A stretch of 43,673 bases of DNA, from the sequence record DRR723986_29597. One strand, given 5' to 3'. The position numbers and the translations under genes are program-made. This document shows positions 1-9,823 of the stretch, piece by piece (within the stretch, counting starts at the first letter, position 1; the number at the start of each line of letters is the position of its first letter). The notes beneath the pieces were generated by a model, which saw only the letters and a list, made by a program, of their open reading frames with translations, searched no databases and had not been told where the DNA came from.

Positions 1-846
1 ATTGCTTTTGGAATAATACTAGCTAGTATTGGACTAAAAGCATTTTTATTACCTAATGGTTTCTTAGATGGTGGTGTTACAGGTATCGCCCTTTTATTAA
101 ATAGACTAGTGGATATTAATATCTCAATTCTACTTATTATTTTCAGTATTCCGTTTTTAATTCTAGGTTTTTATACCGTTTCAAAACGAATAGTTATTAA
201 ATCAATTATTAGTATTTTGGGATTAGCCCTTTTTATTCACTTTGAAAATTTTGAAATCATTACAGAAGATAAATTACTTATTTCAATTTTTGGTGGTTTA
301 TTTTTAGGTGCTGGTATTGGTATTTCAATAAGAAACGGCTCTGTTCTAGACGGTTCAGAGATCTTAGGTGTCTACCTCAATTATAAATTCGGAGTGAGTA
401 TTGGAAAAGTCATCTTACTATTTAATATTATTTTATTTGGCATAACCGCATATATCATATCTACGGAAGTGGCTCTTTATTCTATCCTAACATATATTGT
501 TACAGCAAAAGTTACGGACTTAATTATAGAAGGATTTGAAGATTTTATTGGTATAACAATAGTTTCTAAAAAGTTTGAAGATATTGAAATGGCTATTATG
601 AAAGAGTTAGGTACAGGTATGACACTCTATAAAGGAACACGAGGAGTAGGGAGCTCTGGTAAGCAAGAAGATTTTGATATAATACACACCATCATTAATA
701 GAATTGATATTAAAAAAATGTATCGCATAGTGAATAGAATCGATGATAACGCTTTTATAGTAGAATTCGATGTAAATACAGTAAAGGGTGGTGTTTTAAG
801 GCATTATTTAAACAAAAAGAAAAACAAACAAATACCGACTCTCTAA
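1..846 (+). CDS. YitT-family membrane protein (5' end outside window)
   Basis: Frame is open from base 1 (IAFGIILASIGLKAFLLPNGFLDGGVTGIA...). It shows the YitT-type DGGVTG and DGSEIL motifs, several TM helices and a C-terminal IDDNAF segment. Confidence 0.9.
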   Translation: MAFGIILASIGLKAFLLPNGFLDGGVTGIALLLNRLVDINISILLIIFSIPFLILGFYTVSKRIVIKSIISILGLALFIHFENFEIITEDKLLISIFGGLFLGAGIGISIRNGSVLDGSEILGVYLNYKFGVSIGKVILLFNIILFGITAYIISTEVALYSILTYIVTAKVTDLIIEGFEDFIGITIVSKKFEDIEMAIMKELGTGMTLYKGTRGVGSSGKQEDFDIIHTIINRIDIKKMYRIVNRIDDNAFIVEFDVNTVKGGVLRHYLNKKKNKQIPTL

Positions 847-847
847 A

Positions 848-1240
848 ATGTGTGGCGAAACAAACCTATCTAAACTTATTAAAAATTTGGCACCTCAATT
901 AAACAAAGGTGAATTTGTATTTACAAGTGTCAAAGATTCGAAGATCATTGAAAGAGCAGATATAATAGGTGAATTTAAGGAAGCTGAGGGTACAACTATA
1001 ATCATTTCTAAATCTAAGGCTGATGCTTTAAAACTGCAGTACAGTTTTGTAGCGGCTTGGATAACTTTGAAAGTACATTCTTCATTGAATGCTGTAGGTT
1101 TAACAGCATTATTCTCGAGTGAATTAGCTAAGCATAATATCAGCTGCAATGTTATTGCAGGATATTATCACGATCATATCTTCGTAAATGTAAACGATGC
1201 AGATAGAGCTATAGAAGTATTAAAAAATTTAGCTCCTTAA
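848..1240 (+). CDS. ACT domain-containing protein (DUF2241/ACT_7 type)
   Basis: Motifs GETNL..L...L.P.L, EAEGTT and WITLKVHSSLNAVGLTA...ISCNVIAGYYHDHIFV. Confidence 0.9.
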   Translation: MCGETNLSKLIKNLAPQLNKGEFVFTSVKDSKIIERADIIGEFKEAEGTTIIISKSKADALKLQYSFVAAWITLKVHSSLNAVGLTALFSSELAKHNISCNVIAGYYHDHIFVNVNDADRAIEVLKNLAP

Positions 1241-1247
1241 TATAGCT

Positions 1248-1469
1248 TTACCTTCTATTCTTTAGCATATTTAAATACATCTTATCCACCTTAGCTCTGG
1301 CCCATGGAGTACGTCGCAAAAATTTTAGACTAGACTTTACTGAAGGATTATGAGTAAAACAACGAATATTGATTTGATAACCCATGTATTCCCAGCCATA
1401 ATGGGCTACTAAATCAGTAATAATCTGTTCTAAGGTAATACCATGTAAAGGATTATTGGGTTGCGACAT
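1248..1469 (-). CDS. VF530-family (DUF2132) small DNA-binding protein
   Basis: Signature [10 protein letters not shown]...YGWE...[25 protein letters not shown]. Confidence 0.92.
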   Translation of the reverse strand: MSQPNNPLHGITLEQIITDLVAHYGWEYMGYQINIRCFTHNPSVKSSLKFLRRTPWARAKVDKMYLNMLKNRR

Positions 1470-1483
1470 TAGTAACGAATTAT

Positions 1484-2743
1484 TTATCTTCTTCGATTTT
1501 TGTTTCTATTGCGAGTGGTATTCCTTGAATTTTTTGAACTGTTATTTCTATGACGTCCTTGATTCCTGTTTCTATTTTGACCTGGTTTTATTGGCTCGGT
1601 AGACGCATTTGGATCTGGTTCAAAACCTTCAATAATTTCTACATCGATAGACATACCAATTAGTTTTTCAATACCACGCAGATAAGTAATTTCATCTGCA
1701 CTTACTAAAGAAATTGCTTGTCCGCTTGCTCCTGCCCTACCTGTTCGTCCGATTCTATGAACATAATCTTCTGATACATTCGGAAGTTCAAAATTAACAA
1801 CATGAGGTAATAAAGGAATATCTAGTCCTCTTGCAGCGATATCAGTAGCCACTAAAACTCTAATCTTCCCATTTTTAAATCCGGCCAATGCTTTGGTTCT
1901 TGCTCCTTGACTTTTATTTCCATGTATTGCAGCTGCTGTTATACCTGCAGATATCATTTTCTTTGTTAATCTATTTGCTCCATGTTTAGTTCTTGTGAAT
2001 ACTAACACCTGCTCCCAATTACCCTCTGAAATAAGTTTAATTATAAGTCCCGTTTTTTTTGCTTTAGCAACTCGATGCACTTTTTGATCAATTATTTCAA
2101 CTGCCGTGTTTTCTGGAGTTGCCTCAACTTGAACAGGATTATTCAGTATAGAATAGGCTAACTTTTTGATGTCTTTAGAAAAAGTAGCAGAGAATAAAAG
2201 ATTTTGTCTCTTACTAGGCATTAATTTCATTACACGCTCAATATCTCTCAAAAATCCCATATCTAACATTCGGTCAGCTTCATCTAAAACGAAGATTTCT
2301 ACATGCTTTAAGGTTAATACTCCTTGGCTTTCTAAATCCATTAATCTTCCGGGTGTAGCAATAAGGACATCTACTCCTTTTTTAATAGTTGCCACTTGTG
2401 GTTTTTGATTCACACCACCAAAAATTACTGCACTTCTTATATCTAAAAACTCGCTATACTCTTTTACGTTAGCAAATACTTGAGCTGCCAACTCTCTAGT
2501 AGGAGTTAAAATTAAAGCACGTATGGCTCTGTGTTTAAATTTTGAGATTGCCGAAAGTCTGTGTAAAAGTGGTAAAGTAAACCCAGCTGTTTTACCAGTA
2601 CCAGTTTGTGCAGAAGCTAAAATATCTTTTCCTTCTAAGATTGAAGGAATTGCCTTTTGTTGGATAGGTGAAGGGGTTTCGTATCCTTTCTTACTAACTG
2701 CTTTTAGTATAGGCTCAGACAAGCCTAGTGATTTAAATGACAT
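1484..2743 (-). CDS. rhlE: DEAD-box RNA helicase, RhlE-like
   Basis: Q motif, [31 protein letters not shown] and [10 protein letters not shown], followed by a basic N/R-rich tail. Confidence 0.93.
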   Translation of the reverse strand: MSFKSLGLSEPILKAVSKKGYETPSPIQQKAIPSILEGKDILASAQTGTGKTAGFTLPLLHRLSAISKFKHRAIRALILTPTRELAAQVFANVKEYSEFLDIRSAVIFGGVNQKPQVATIKKGVDVLIATPGRLMDLESQGVLTLKHVEIFVLDEADRMLDMGFLRDIERVMKLMPSKRQNLLFSATFSKDIKKLAYSILNNPVQVEATPENTAVEIIDQKVHRVAKAKKTGLIIKLISEGNWEQVLVFTRTKHGANRLTKKMISAGITAAAIHGNKSQGARTKALAGFKNGKIRVLVATDIAARGLDIPLLPHVVNFELPNVSEDYVHRIGRTGRAGASGQAISLVSADEITYLRGIEKLIGMSIDVEIIEGFEPDPNASTEPIKPGQNRNRNQGRHRNNSSKNSRNTTRNRNKNRRR

Positions 2744-2843
2744 ACATCGTTATTTGTTAAGATGAATATCTATTTAAATCTCACCTTCTTATTTTTGGTC
2801 AATTTACAGCTAATTTATTCCTCAGAAGCAGAATTATAAGATT

Positions 2844-3650
2844 TTATGAATTCCTTTCTGCTTTCCATTGCTTGTATTTAATATAAGGGTTGGTTGCAAA
2901 ATTTAAAAACCCATGAATTCCATTTGCTGTTACCAAAACAGCTGCGCCGATAAAAGTAATTGTTGTTATAATCTCATGTACTCCTTTATTGGCTACTCCA
3001 ATTCCAACTAACGCCCAGGCACCCACTAATACAAACTCTCTCATATTTCTTTTATACATGACTAATAGGTTTAACAATACCGCAACAATAATCATAATAA
3101 TGGTCCAATTAACTGCAGAAATCCCATATCCATCCCAACCTATTTTTACCAAATAACTAGATACATTTGCTATACTTGCTACGGTTACCCAACCAGCATA
3201 AATAACAATTGGCCACCAAACGAAAACTACAATTGGAAATCGTGCGTCACCCAGTTCCATTCGGTTATTTAATATGATTTTTATTAAAGAGAAGAGCAAT
3301 AGAAAAATAAACACACAAGACAAGCTTGTATATTCATAAATCCATGCAAACACCCAAAGGCTATTAAATAAACATGACAAAATAAACCACCAACCGGTTT
3401 TATTAACCACACTATCATCCTTAACATTTACAAATAAACTTCGACCTTGATATACAGCAAATGCAAATAATAACAAATAAATAATTCCCCAAATAGCAAA
3501 TGTATAACCAGCTGGTGTAAAAACAGATCTATAACCATCTGAAACATCACCAATGGTAGTGTTATTCATTATTCCTGTATTAGATAGATAATTTATAAAT
3601 ATGGTTGACCCTAATGCCAACCCGTTGCCAATTTGTAGTATTTTTTTCAT
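2844..3650 (-). CDS. Tryptophan-rich sensory (TspO-like) multi-pass membrane protein
   Basis: FTPAGYTFAIWGIIY, N..W.FAW and YAGWVTVASIAN motifs, with about 8 hydrophobic segments. Confidence 0.8.
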   Translation of the reverse strand: MKKILQIGNGLALGSTIFINYLSNTGIMNNTTIGDVSDGYRSVFTPAGYTFAIWGIIYLLLFAFAVYQGRSLFVNVKDDSVVNKTGWWFILSCLFNSLWVFAWIYEYTSLSCVFIFLLLFSLIKIILNNRMELGDARFPIVVFVWWPIVIYAGWVTVASIANVSSYLVKIGWDGYGISAVNWTIIMIIVAVLLNLLVMYKRNMREFVLVGAWALVGIGVANKGVHEIITTITFIGAAVLVTANGIHGFLNFATNPYIKYKQWKAERNS

Positions 3651-3807
3651 GACGGTCTAATTTGAATACAAGTTAATGAAACCTTGCGAAATAATACACA
3701 ACATTAGTAGAGTAAACTAAACTTATACATTTTTAATTAGCACTACATTTGTTTGATTTAAAGATTTGCTTTTTTAATTTTACATTTAATTAATAATTAA
3801 TCCACTT

Positions 3808-4230
3808 ATGAAAAATATAATTTTAGGTTTTGCATTAATCATTTCATCAGCGTTAAGTGCCCAAGAAATTGGAGTTAGATTCGGTGAAGTGTCTGGTAAT
3901 AATATTGCTGTAGACGGTGTATTCGATTTTGAAGGAAGCAGAATACATGCTAATGTTTCGTTTGGTGATGGCCTAGGGCTAGATGCTCTATATGATTTTG
4001 TTTACAAACAAATTGGTAACGAATCTCTGAACTGGTATGCTGGCGTAGGTGGATCTTCATATATTGATGATGATTTTTACCTTGGTGTTAGTGGTGAAAT
4101 TGGATTAGAATACGTTTTTAATGATGCACCAATTGTAATTGGTTTCGATTACAGGCCTACATTTTGGATAATAGAAGAAACAGACTTTGAATGGGGAGGT
4201 TTTGGCCTAAACATAAGATACGTATTCTAG
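3808..4230 (+). CDS. Small outer-membrane beta-barrel protein
   Basis: Signal peptide (..LSAQ), alternating beta-strand pattern (LNWYAGVG, GEIGLEY, GFDYRP) and C-terminal IRYVF. Confidence 0.8.
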   Translation: MKNIILGFALIISSALSAQEIGVRFGEVSGNNIAVDGVFDFEGSRIHANVSFGDGLGLDALYDFVYKQIGNESLNWYAGVGGSSYIDDDFYLGVSGEIGLEYVFNDAPIVIGFDYRPTFWIIEETDFEWGGFGLNIRYVF

Positions 4231-4310
4231 AAGTATTCAGACCCATTTTTTCAGAATCCTCTTTTATAAATGGCAGATAAGGATGATTGTGAATAAACTA
4301 TAGAGAGATT

Positions 4311-4934
4311 TCAACTTAGTTGTTCTTCAATTTCCACATCTACTGGTTTTACCCATTTTAAATAGTTCTTGCATGAATAACGGAAAAAGAAAAATATGCC
4401 CCAAAGTTTAAACAAATCTTCAAATGATAATCTTAAAACAGCATTTGATGATGCAAACGCATCTATACTTATCATAATAGCAAAGCATATTGACCCTAAA
4501 ACAATTGGTGAATTCCAATAGATTAAAGTTTTACAATAGTCTTTATAATAAAGAAAAACAAGTAATTGATAAATAGCAACACTCAATAACGGTATCGCAT
4601 CATGGATATTTAAGACATAGGCTATACGTTCATGTATCATAAAACGTTCGTCAATAGCTAAATAAAGAAAAACTAAAGCTTGAGATAAAAAAAAGAGTCT
4701 AAAGTTGTTTGGTTGGGTTGGTATGTTCTTTGCGAAAAAATAGGTTAGGATAAAATTATAACTAATTAATACCATTAGAACTGTTGTTATTGCAGTCTGT
4801 ACGCCATAAAATAAAACTGGTCCTTTTAGATCAGTTAAATAATGCCTAACATAGTCTTGTCCAAACTTAGTCTCTAAAGTAATTATTACAACACTAAAAA
4901 GGATAAGAATGGTATAATACCACCTAATTTTCAT
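4311..4934 (-). CDS. Hypothetical multi-pass membrane protein
   Basis: 207-aa ORF with about 6 TM segments, YLAIDERFMIHE motif and late FEDLFKLWG. Confidence 0.7.
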   Translation of the reverse strand: MKIRWYYTILILFSVVIITLETKFGQDYVRHYLTDLKGPVLFYGVQTAITTVLMVLISYNFILTYFFAKNIPTQPNNFRLFFLSQALVFLYLAIDERFMIHERIAYVLNIHDAIPLLSVAIYQLLVFLYYKDYCKTLIYWNSPIVLGSICFAIMISIDAFASSNAVLRLSFEDLFKLWGIFFFFRYSCKNYLKWVKPVDVEIEEQLS

Positions 4935-5084
4935 GTGAATAGCTAATTCGTAATTTAAAGATAACTTTAGAAAATGATGAGATACTTAGTTATCGTGCTT
5001 ATGCAGAAATAATCGACAACCTGCACTAAAATAAATCCTAAACATTTAATTATTAGCTAATTCAGAAATTAGAAAGAATTAGCT

Positions 5085-5843
5085 TTATCTAGTAAAAACA
5101 AGCTCTTTTTCTGTAGATAATTCTTCACTAAAACCGTAATTATAGTAATTAAAACCTTTAATATCATCAATAGTTTTAGCATCTGTATCTATAATATATC
5201 TGGTCATTAAACCACGTGCTAATTTAGCAAAGAAACCGATGGTTTTATACTGGCCATTTTTATATTCTTTAAAGTTTATTGTAATGACCGGAACTTTTAA
5301 AACCTTAGTATCTATTGCTTTAAAATACTCATTGCTTGCTAAGTTTAAAAATAACTCATGATCCTGCAACTCATCATTTAACGCTTTTGTCACTTTCTTT
5401 TTCCAGAATTCATAAAGATTCTTGTTTTTACCCACTGCCATTTTGGTTCCCATTTCTAGGCGATATGGCTGAATTAAATCTAGTGGTTTTAAAATACCAT
5501 ATAAACCAGAAATAATACGTATTGTATTCTGAGCTTTATCTAATTTATTAGTATCGATAGTATAAGCATCTAACCCTCTATACACATCACCATTAAAAGC
5601 ATAAAGCGCCGGTCTAGCATTGTCATTTGTAAACGGCAACTGCCATTCTTGATTACGCTCATAATTTAGTTCACTTAAATCAGCAGAAATATGCATCAGT
5701 TTTGATAAACTTCGTGGAGATTTCTTTTTTAAAAGTTTGTTTAATCGTTCAGCTTCAGCCAAAAAACAACTTTCTGTAGATTTAGTTGTTGGTAATTGAG
5801 TTTCAAAATCTAATGATTTAGCTGGTGACAATACAAGTTTCAT
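5085..5843 (-). CDS. yaaA: Peroxide stress protein YaaA (UPF0246)
   Basis: MKLVLSPAKSLD, AFNGDVYRGL, SGLYGILKPLDLIQPYRLEMGT, NLASNEY, AKLARGLM. Confidence 0.96.
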   Translation of the reverse strand: MKLVLSPAKSLDFETQLPTTKSTESCFLAEAERLNKLLKKKSPRSLSKLMHISADLSELNYERNQEWQLPFTNDNARPALYAFNGDVYRGLDAYTIDTNKLDKAQNTIRIISGLYGILKPLDLIQPYRLEMGTKMAVGKNKNLYEFWKKKVTKALNDELQDHELFLNLASNEYFKAIDTKVLKVPVITINFKEYKNGQYKTIGFFAKLARGLMTRYIIDTDAKTIDDIKGFNYYNYGFSEELSTEKELVFTR

Positions 5844-5863
5844 AGTTCAATTTTAATTCAATT

Positions 5864-5871
5864 CAAATTTA
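5864..5871 (-). promoter_or_regulatory. Bacteroidota -7 promoter box (TAAATTTG) for yaaA
   Basis: Matches TAnnTTTG on the minus strand, 20 nt upstream of the start codon. Confidence 0.6.
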
Positions 5872-5922
5872 CGAATTATGATGAAATTTATAATCTAGGT
5901 TTAACAAATAAAACAAATAGTA

Positions 5923-6960
5923 CTATAAATTATCTTGATGCTTAGCGTAGTTTCGCCATTTGTCAATACACAGTTGTATATCTTCCGGAATATCAGTAGA
6001 AAAACTTAACCATTTGCCTGTTGCAGGATGCTCAAACCCTAAGGTTTTTGCGTGCAGTGCTTGCCTTGGTAGAACTTTAAAACAATTATCTACAAATTGC
6101 TTGTATTTAGTAAAGGTGGTTCCTTTAAGTATTTTTTCACCACCATATCGCTCATCATTAAAGAGTGTATGGCCAATATGTTTCATATGCACGCGTATTT
6201 GGTGCGTACGACCCGTTTCTAGTTTGCAACTTAATAAAGTTACATAACCTAAACGTTCAATAACCTTAAAATGTGTAACCGCAGGTTTACCCTTGTATGC
6301 TTCATCTCCTTCATAAACCGTATTCTGTAGTCTATTTTTAGGATGACGACCTATATTGCCCTCAACCGTACCTTCATCTTCAGCTACATTTCCCCAAACT
6401 AATGCTACATACTCACGTTCACTGGTTTTTTCAGCGAACTGATTTGACAAATGCGCCATAGCATTTTCTGTCTTTGCTACTACTAATAATCCGCTAGTAT
6501 CTTTATCAATACGGTGTACTAAACCTGGTCTGTTACTTGAGTTATTTGGAAGGTTTTCAAAATGAAAAATTAACCCATTTATAAGTGTACCAGAATAATT
6601 GCCATGTCCTGGATGAACAACCATACCTGCAGGTTTGTTAACCACTAATAGATCATCATCTTCGTATACAATATCTATAGCAATATCTTCTGCAACCAGC
6701 AAATTCTCATGAGGAGGATGTTCAAATTTTACTGTGATATGATCGTTGGGCTTTACCTTATAATTAGATTTTACAGTATTTCCATTTACAAAAATACAAC
6801 CATCTTTCGCCGCTGCCTGAATTTTGTTTCTAGTAGCATTTTCTACAAAATTCATTAAGTATTTATCAATTCTAAGTGGCTGTTGCCCTTTCTCAACTCT
6901 AAAAGCATAATGCTCATAAAGTTCGTCTTCTTGTTCAGACATATCTACAATATCAGCCAT
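5923..6960 (-). CDS. rluD: RluA-family (RluD-like) pseudouridine synthase with S4 domain
   Basis: RIDKYL S4 region, NKPAGMVVHP, catalytic HRIDKDTSGL, LETGRTHQIRVH, RQALHA. Confidence 0.92.
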   Translation of the reverse strand: MADIVDMSEQEDELYEHYAFRVEKGQQPLRIDKYLMNFVENATRNKIQAAAKDGCIFVNGNTVKSNYKVKPNDHITVKFEHPPHENLLVAEDIAIDIVYEDDDLLVVNKPAGMVVHPGHGNYSGTLINGLIFHFENLPNNSSNRPGLVHRIDKDTSGLLVVAKTENAMAHLSNQFAEKTSEREYVALVWGNVAEDEGTVEGNIGRHPKNRLQNTVYEGDEAYKGKPAVTHFKVIERLGYVTLLSCKLETGRTHQIRVHMKHIGHTLFNDERYGGEKILKGTTFTKYKQFVDNCFKVLPRQALHAKTLGFEHPATGKWLSFSTDIPEDIQLCIDKWRNYAKHQDNL

Positions 6961-6962
6961 TA

Positions 6963-7517
6963 TTAATTACGCTTACCATTGCCTAAAACCAAATCTATTG
7001 TAGAAGTAAGTGGTAACATGGCACCTGGTTTAATATTTTTACCATCATGCTTCATACCTAGCACAACATCTTTACCAATATTATCAATGTATGTAATATT
7101 ACCAACTTTAAATTCTAGAGCTTGTAATTGAGGTTTTGCTTGTCTAAAAGTACGTTTAAGAATATTTGGCACTTCTACTTTTCTATAACCAGAAGGATTT
7201 AAAATTAAATAAATCTTACGGTCTTCTTTAACCTGAGAACCTGCCGCAGGTTTTTGTTCTATCACAGAATATTTAGGATAATTTGGATTATAGTTGGCAG
7301 AATCTTGAATTTTCATTTCAAGATCATGGTCTTTCAATTCAATTTTAGCAGTTTCTATAGATTTACCCTTTAAATCTGGTACTATAACAAATTCGCCATG
7401 ATTAGTTGTAATATCCAACCATTTTAAGGCAAGAAAACTTAAAACTAAAACACCAGCAACAGCCAATGCCACTTGCTTTAAAAACACTTTACTGGTAAGA
7501 AACTTAACAAAACTCAT
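6963..7517 (-). CDS. PASTA domain-containing membrane-anchored protein
   Basis: One N-terminal TM and two VPDL/VPNI PASTA starts. The ATG at 7517 is preferred over the track's TTG at 7538. Confidence 0.88.
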   Translation of the reverse strand: MSFVKFLTSKVFLKQVALAVAGVLVLSFLALKWLDITTNHGEFVIVPDLKGKSIETAKIELKDHDLEMKIQDSANYNPNYPKYSVIEQKPAAGSQVKEDRKIYLILNPSGYRKVEVPNILKRTFRQAKPQLQALEFKVGNITYIDNIGKDVVLGMKHDGKNIKPGAMLPLTSTIDLVLGNGKRN

Positions 7518-7652
7518 AAGCGAAATAATTGTAGACAAAACTAATAAAATATAACGTTATTATAACGTTGCTCAAATAAAATACGTATTACATTGAGATT
7601 TAGTTTACCAAAATAAATGATACTTTTACATTATAGCTTTTGAAATTAAAAA

Positions 7653-8630
7653 ATGAAAAAAAATATTGCAATTATTATGGGAGGATATTCTAGTGAATAT
7701 CAAATTTCCCTAAAGAGTGGCAATGTGGTCTATGATACTCTGAACAAAGACCATTACAATGCTTATCGTATTCATATATTTAAAGATAAGTGGGTTTTTG
7801 TAAATGATGAGAACAAAGAAATCTTGATAGATAAGAATGACTTCTCGGTGACGATTGGTGGTAAAAAAACTCATTTTGATTGTGTTTTTAATGCCATACA
7901 TGGTTCACCTGGAGAAAATGGCTATATGCAGGCCTATTTTGAATTGCTTAATATTCCGCACACAAGTTGCAGTATGTATCAGGCATCGCTAACGTTTAAT
8001 AAAAGAGATTTTTTATCATCATTAAAGCCATATGGTATTAAAACAGCAGAAAGTTATTATCTAAATCTTGGCGACTCTATAGATGAAGATGCCATTGTAG
8101 CAAAAGTTGGTTTACCATGTTTTGTAAAAGCTAATAAAGCTGGTAGTAGTTTTGGTATTTCTAAAGTCTACAAAAAAGAAAACTTACAAACTGCTATTGA
8201 TAATTCATTTAAAGAAGATGACGAGATAATTATTGAGCAATTTTTAGATGGTGTAGAAGTTTCTGTTGGTGTAATTACATATAAAGGCAAAACCAAGGTC
8301 TTACCAATTACAGAAATTGTATCTGAAAATGATTTCTTTGATTATGCTGCTAAATATGAAGGTAAATCTCAAGAAATCACACCTGCAAGAATTTCTGAAG
8401 ACTACAAACAGAAGACTGAGGCTGTTGCTAAGAAAATATATGAAATTATTGGCATGAAAGGGTTTTCTCGTAGTGAATTTATTTTTAAAAATGATGAACC
8501 CTATTTATTAGAGATGAATACAGTGCCTGGACTAACTAAGGAAAGTATCTTACCACAGCAAGCCAATGAGGCCGGTATTAGCTTAGAAGATCTCTTTGAT
8601 AATGCTATTAAAGAAGCATTGCGTAATTAA
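7653..8630 (+). CDS. ddl: D-alanine--D-alanine ligase
   Basis: GGYSSEY.ISLKSG, AIHGSPGENG, GSSFGI, FFDYAAKY, EMNTVPGLT. Confidence 0.97.
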   Translation: MKKNIAIIMGGYSSEYQISLKSGNVVYDTLNKDHYNAYRIHIFKDKWVFVNDENKEILIDKNDFSVTIGGKKTHFDCVFNAIHGSPGENGYMQAYFELLNIPHTSCSMYQASLTFNKRDFLSSLKPYGIKTAESYYLNLGDSIDEDAIVAKVGLPCFVKANKAGSSFGISKVYKKENLQTAIDNSFKEDDEIIIEQFLDGVEVSVGVITYKGKTKVLPITEIVSENDFFDYAAKYEGKSQEITPARISEDYKQKTEAVAKKIYEIIGMKGFSRSEFIFKNDEPYLLEMNTVPGLTKESILPQQANEAGISLEDLFDNAIKEALRN

Positions 8631-8634
8631 TAAT

Positions 8635-8642
8635 TATATTTG
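8635..8642 (+). promoter_or_regulatory. Bacteroidota -7 promoter box (TATATTTG) for coaD
   Basis: TAnnTTTG match 17 nt before the ATG at 8660. Confidence 0.55.
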
Positions 8643-8659
8643 AAGTATAAAATGTATTG

Positions 8660-9115
8660 ATGAAACGAGCATTATTCCCAGGATCCTTTGACCCGATTAC
8701 ACTTGGTCATTACGATATTATAAAACGAGGTGTTAAGCTTTTTGATGAAGTTGTTGTCGCTATTGGCATAAACGCAGATAAAAAATACATGTTTTCTGTA
8801 GAAGAACGCAAAGCATTTATAGAAAAAGCCTTTGAGCATCAACCTAAAGTAAAGGTTACTACTTACGAAGGTTTAACAGTAGACTTTTGTAAAGAAATAA
8901 ATGCAAAATTCATTTTACGTGGGCTAAGAAATCCTGCAGATTTTGAGTTTGAAAAAGCCATTGCACATACTAATAGAAAACTGTCTAAAATAGAAACCGT
9001 ATTTTTATTAACAGCTGCTAAGACTTCTTATATATCCTCATCCATAGTAAGAGATGTTATTAGAAATGGTGGCGATTATACGGTATTAGTACCCGATAGT
9101 GTAGAGATTAAATAA
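8660..9115 (+). CDS. coaD: Pantetheine-phosphate adenylyltransferase
   Basis: FPGSFDPITLGH, RGLR...DFEFE, ISSSIVR. The 3' end overlaps the convergent regulator gene by 8 nt. Confidence 0.97.
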   Translation: MKRALFPGSFDPITLGHYDIIKRGVKLFDEVVVAIGINADKKYMFSVEERKAFIEKAFEHQPKVKVTTYEGLTVDFCKEINAKFILRGLRNPADFEFEKAIAHTNRKLSKIETVFLLTAAKTSYISSSIVRDVIRNGGDYTVLVPDSVEIK

Positions 9116-9755
9116 TATTATTTCGTTTGGCTTTTTGTACAGCCTCTAGTTTATTGTGTACCTGTAGTTTTCTGTATATGTTCTCTATATGTTTTCTTAT
9201 GGTCCCAGTTGAAAGAATTAAATTTTCTGCAACCGCATTATAACTTAAACCTTTACTTAGCTGTTCTAGCACATCAATTTCTCTAGTTGTAAGCTTAATT
9301 TCCTCTTTATCTTCTTTATCCTCAATAAATGGATTACGAAGTAATTTAAGTGTTTTTAGTGCTATAGAAGGGTTCATTGCAGCACCTCCATTTATTGTTT
9401 CTAATATTCCGGAGTGCAAATCTCCTGCATTAATTTCTTTAAGCAAATAGCCATCTGCTCCTGCTTTAATTGCATTGAATATATTTTCATCATTATCAAA
9501 AACCGTTAGCATAATAATCTTTATGTGAGGATACTTTTGTTTGACCTCATAAGTTGCTTTAATACCATTTTTTACGGGCATTTCTATATCCATTAAAATT
9601 AAGTCTATATTATGATTTTCTTCGAGTTGTTCTAGTACATCTTCACCGTTCATAGCCGTAAACCGCACTTCTAGGTCATTAAAAAAAGACAGTTTTTCTT
9701 CTACTGCCTTTATTAAAAAGGTGTTATCATCTACTATGGCTATTCTTATTTTCAT
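9108..9755 (-). CDS. NarL/LuxR-family response regulator
   Basis: REC domain (VDD, LMDIEMP, LT, GYLLK) plus LuxR HTH (LTTREIDVL...TIRKHIENIYRKL). Confidence 0.95.
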   Translation of the reverse strand: MKIRIAIVDDNTFLIKAVEEKLSFFNDLEVRFTAMNGEDVLEQLEENHNIDLILMDIEMPVKNGIKATYEVKQKYPHIKIIMLTVFDNDENIFNAIKAGADGYLLKEINAGDLHSGILETINGGAAMNPSIALKTLKLLRNPFIEDKEDKEEIKLTTREIDVLEQLSKGLSYNAVAENLILSTGTIRKHIENIYRKLQVHNKLEAVQKAKRNNII

Positions 9756-9823
9756 ATGTTTAATTATAACATTTTAATAGTCTAAATTTTTAATGTAAAA
9801 AACCACACCAAATTCAACGTATA

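Noticed and set aside
5055-5084. Inverted repeat AGCTAATTC...GAATTAGCT after yaaA as a terminator
   Set aside because: Weak AT-rich stem with no U tract, so it was not called.
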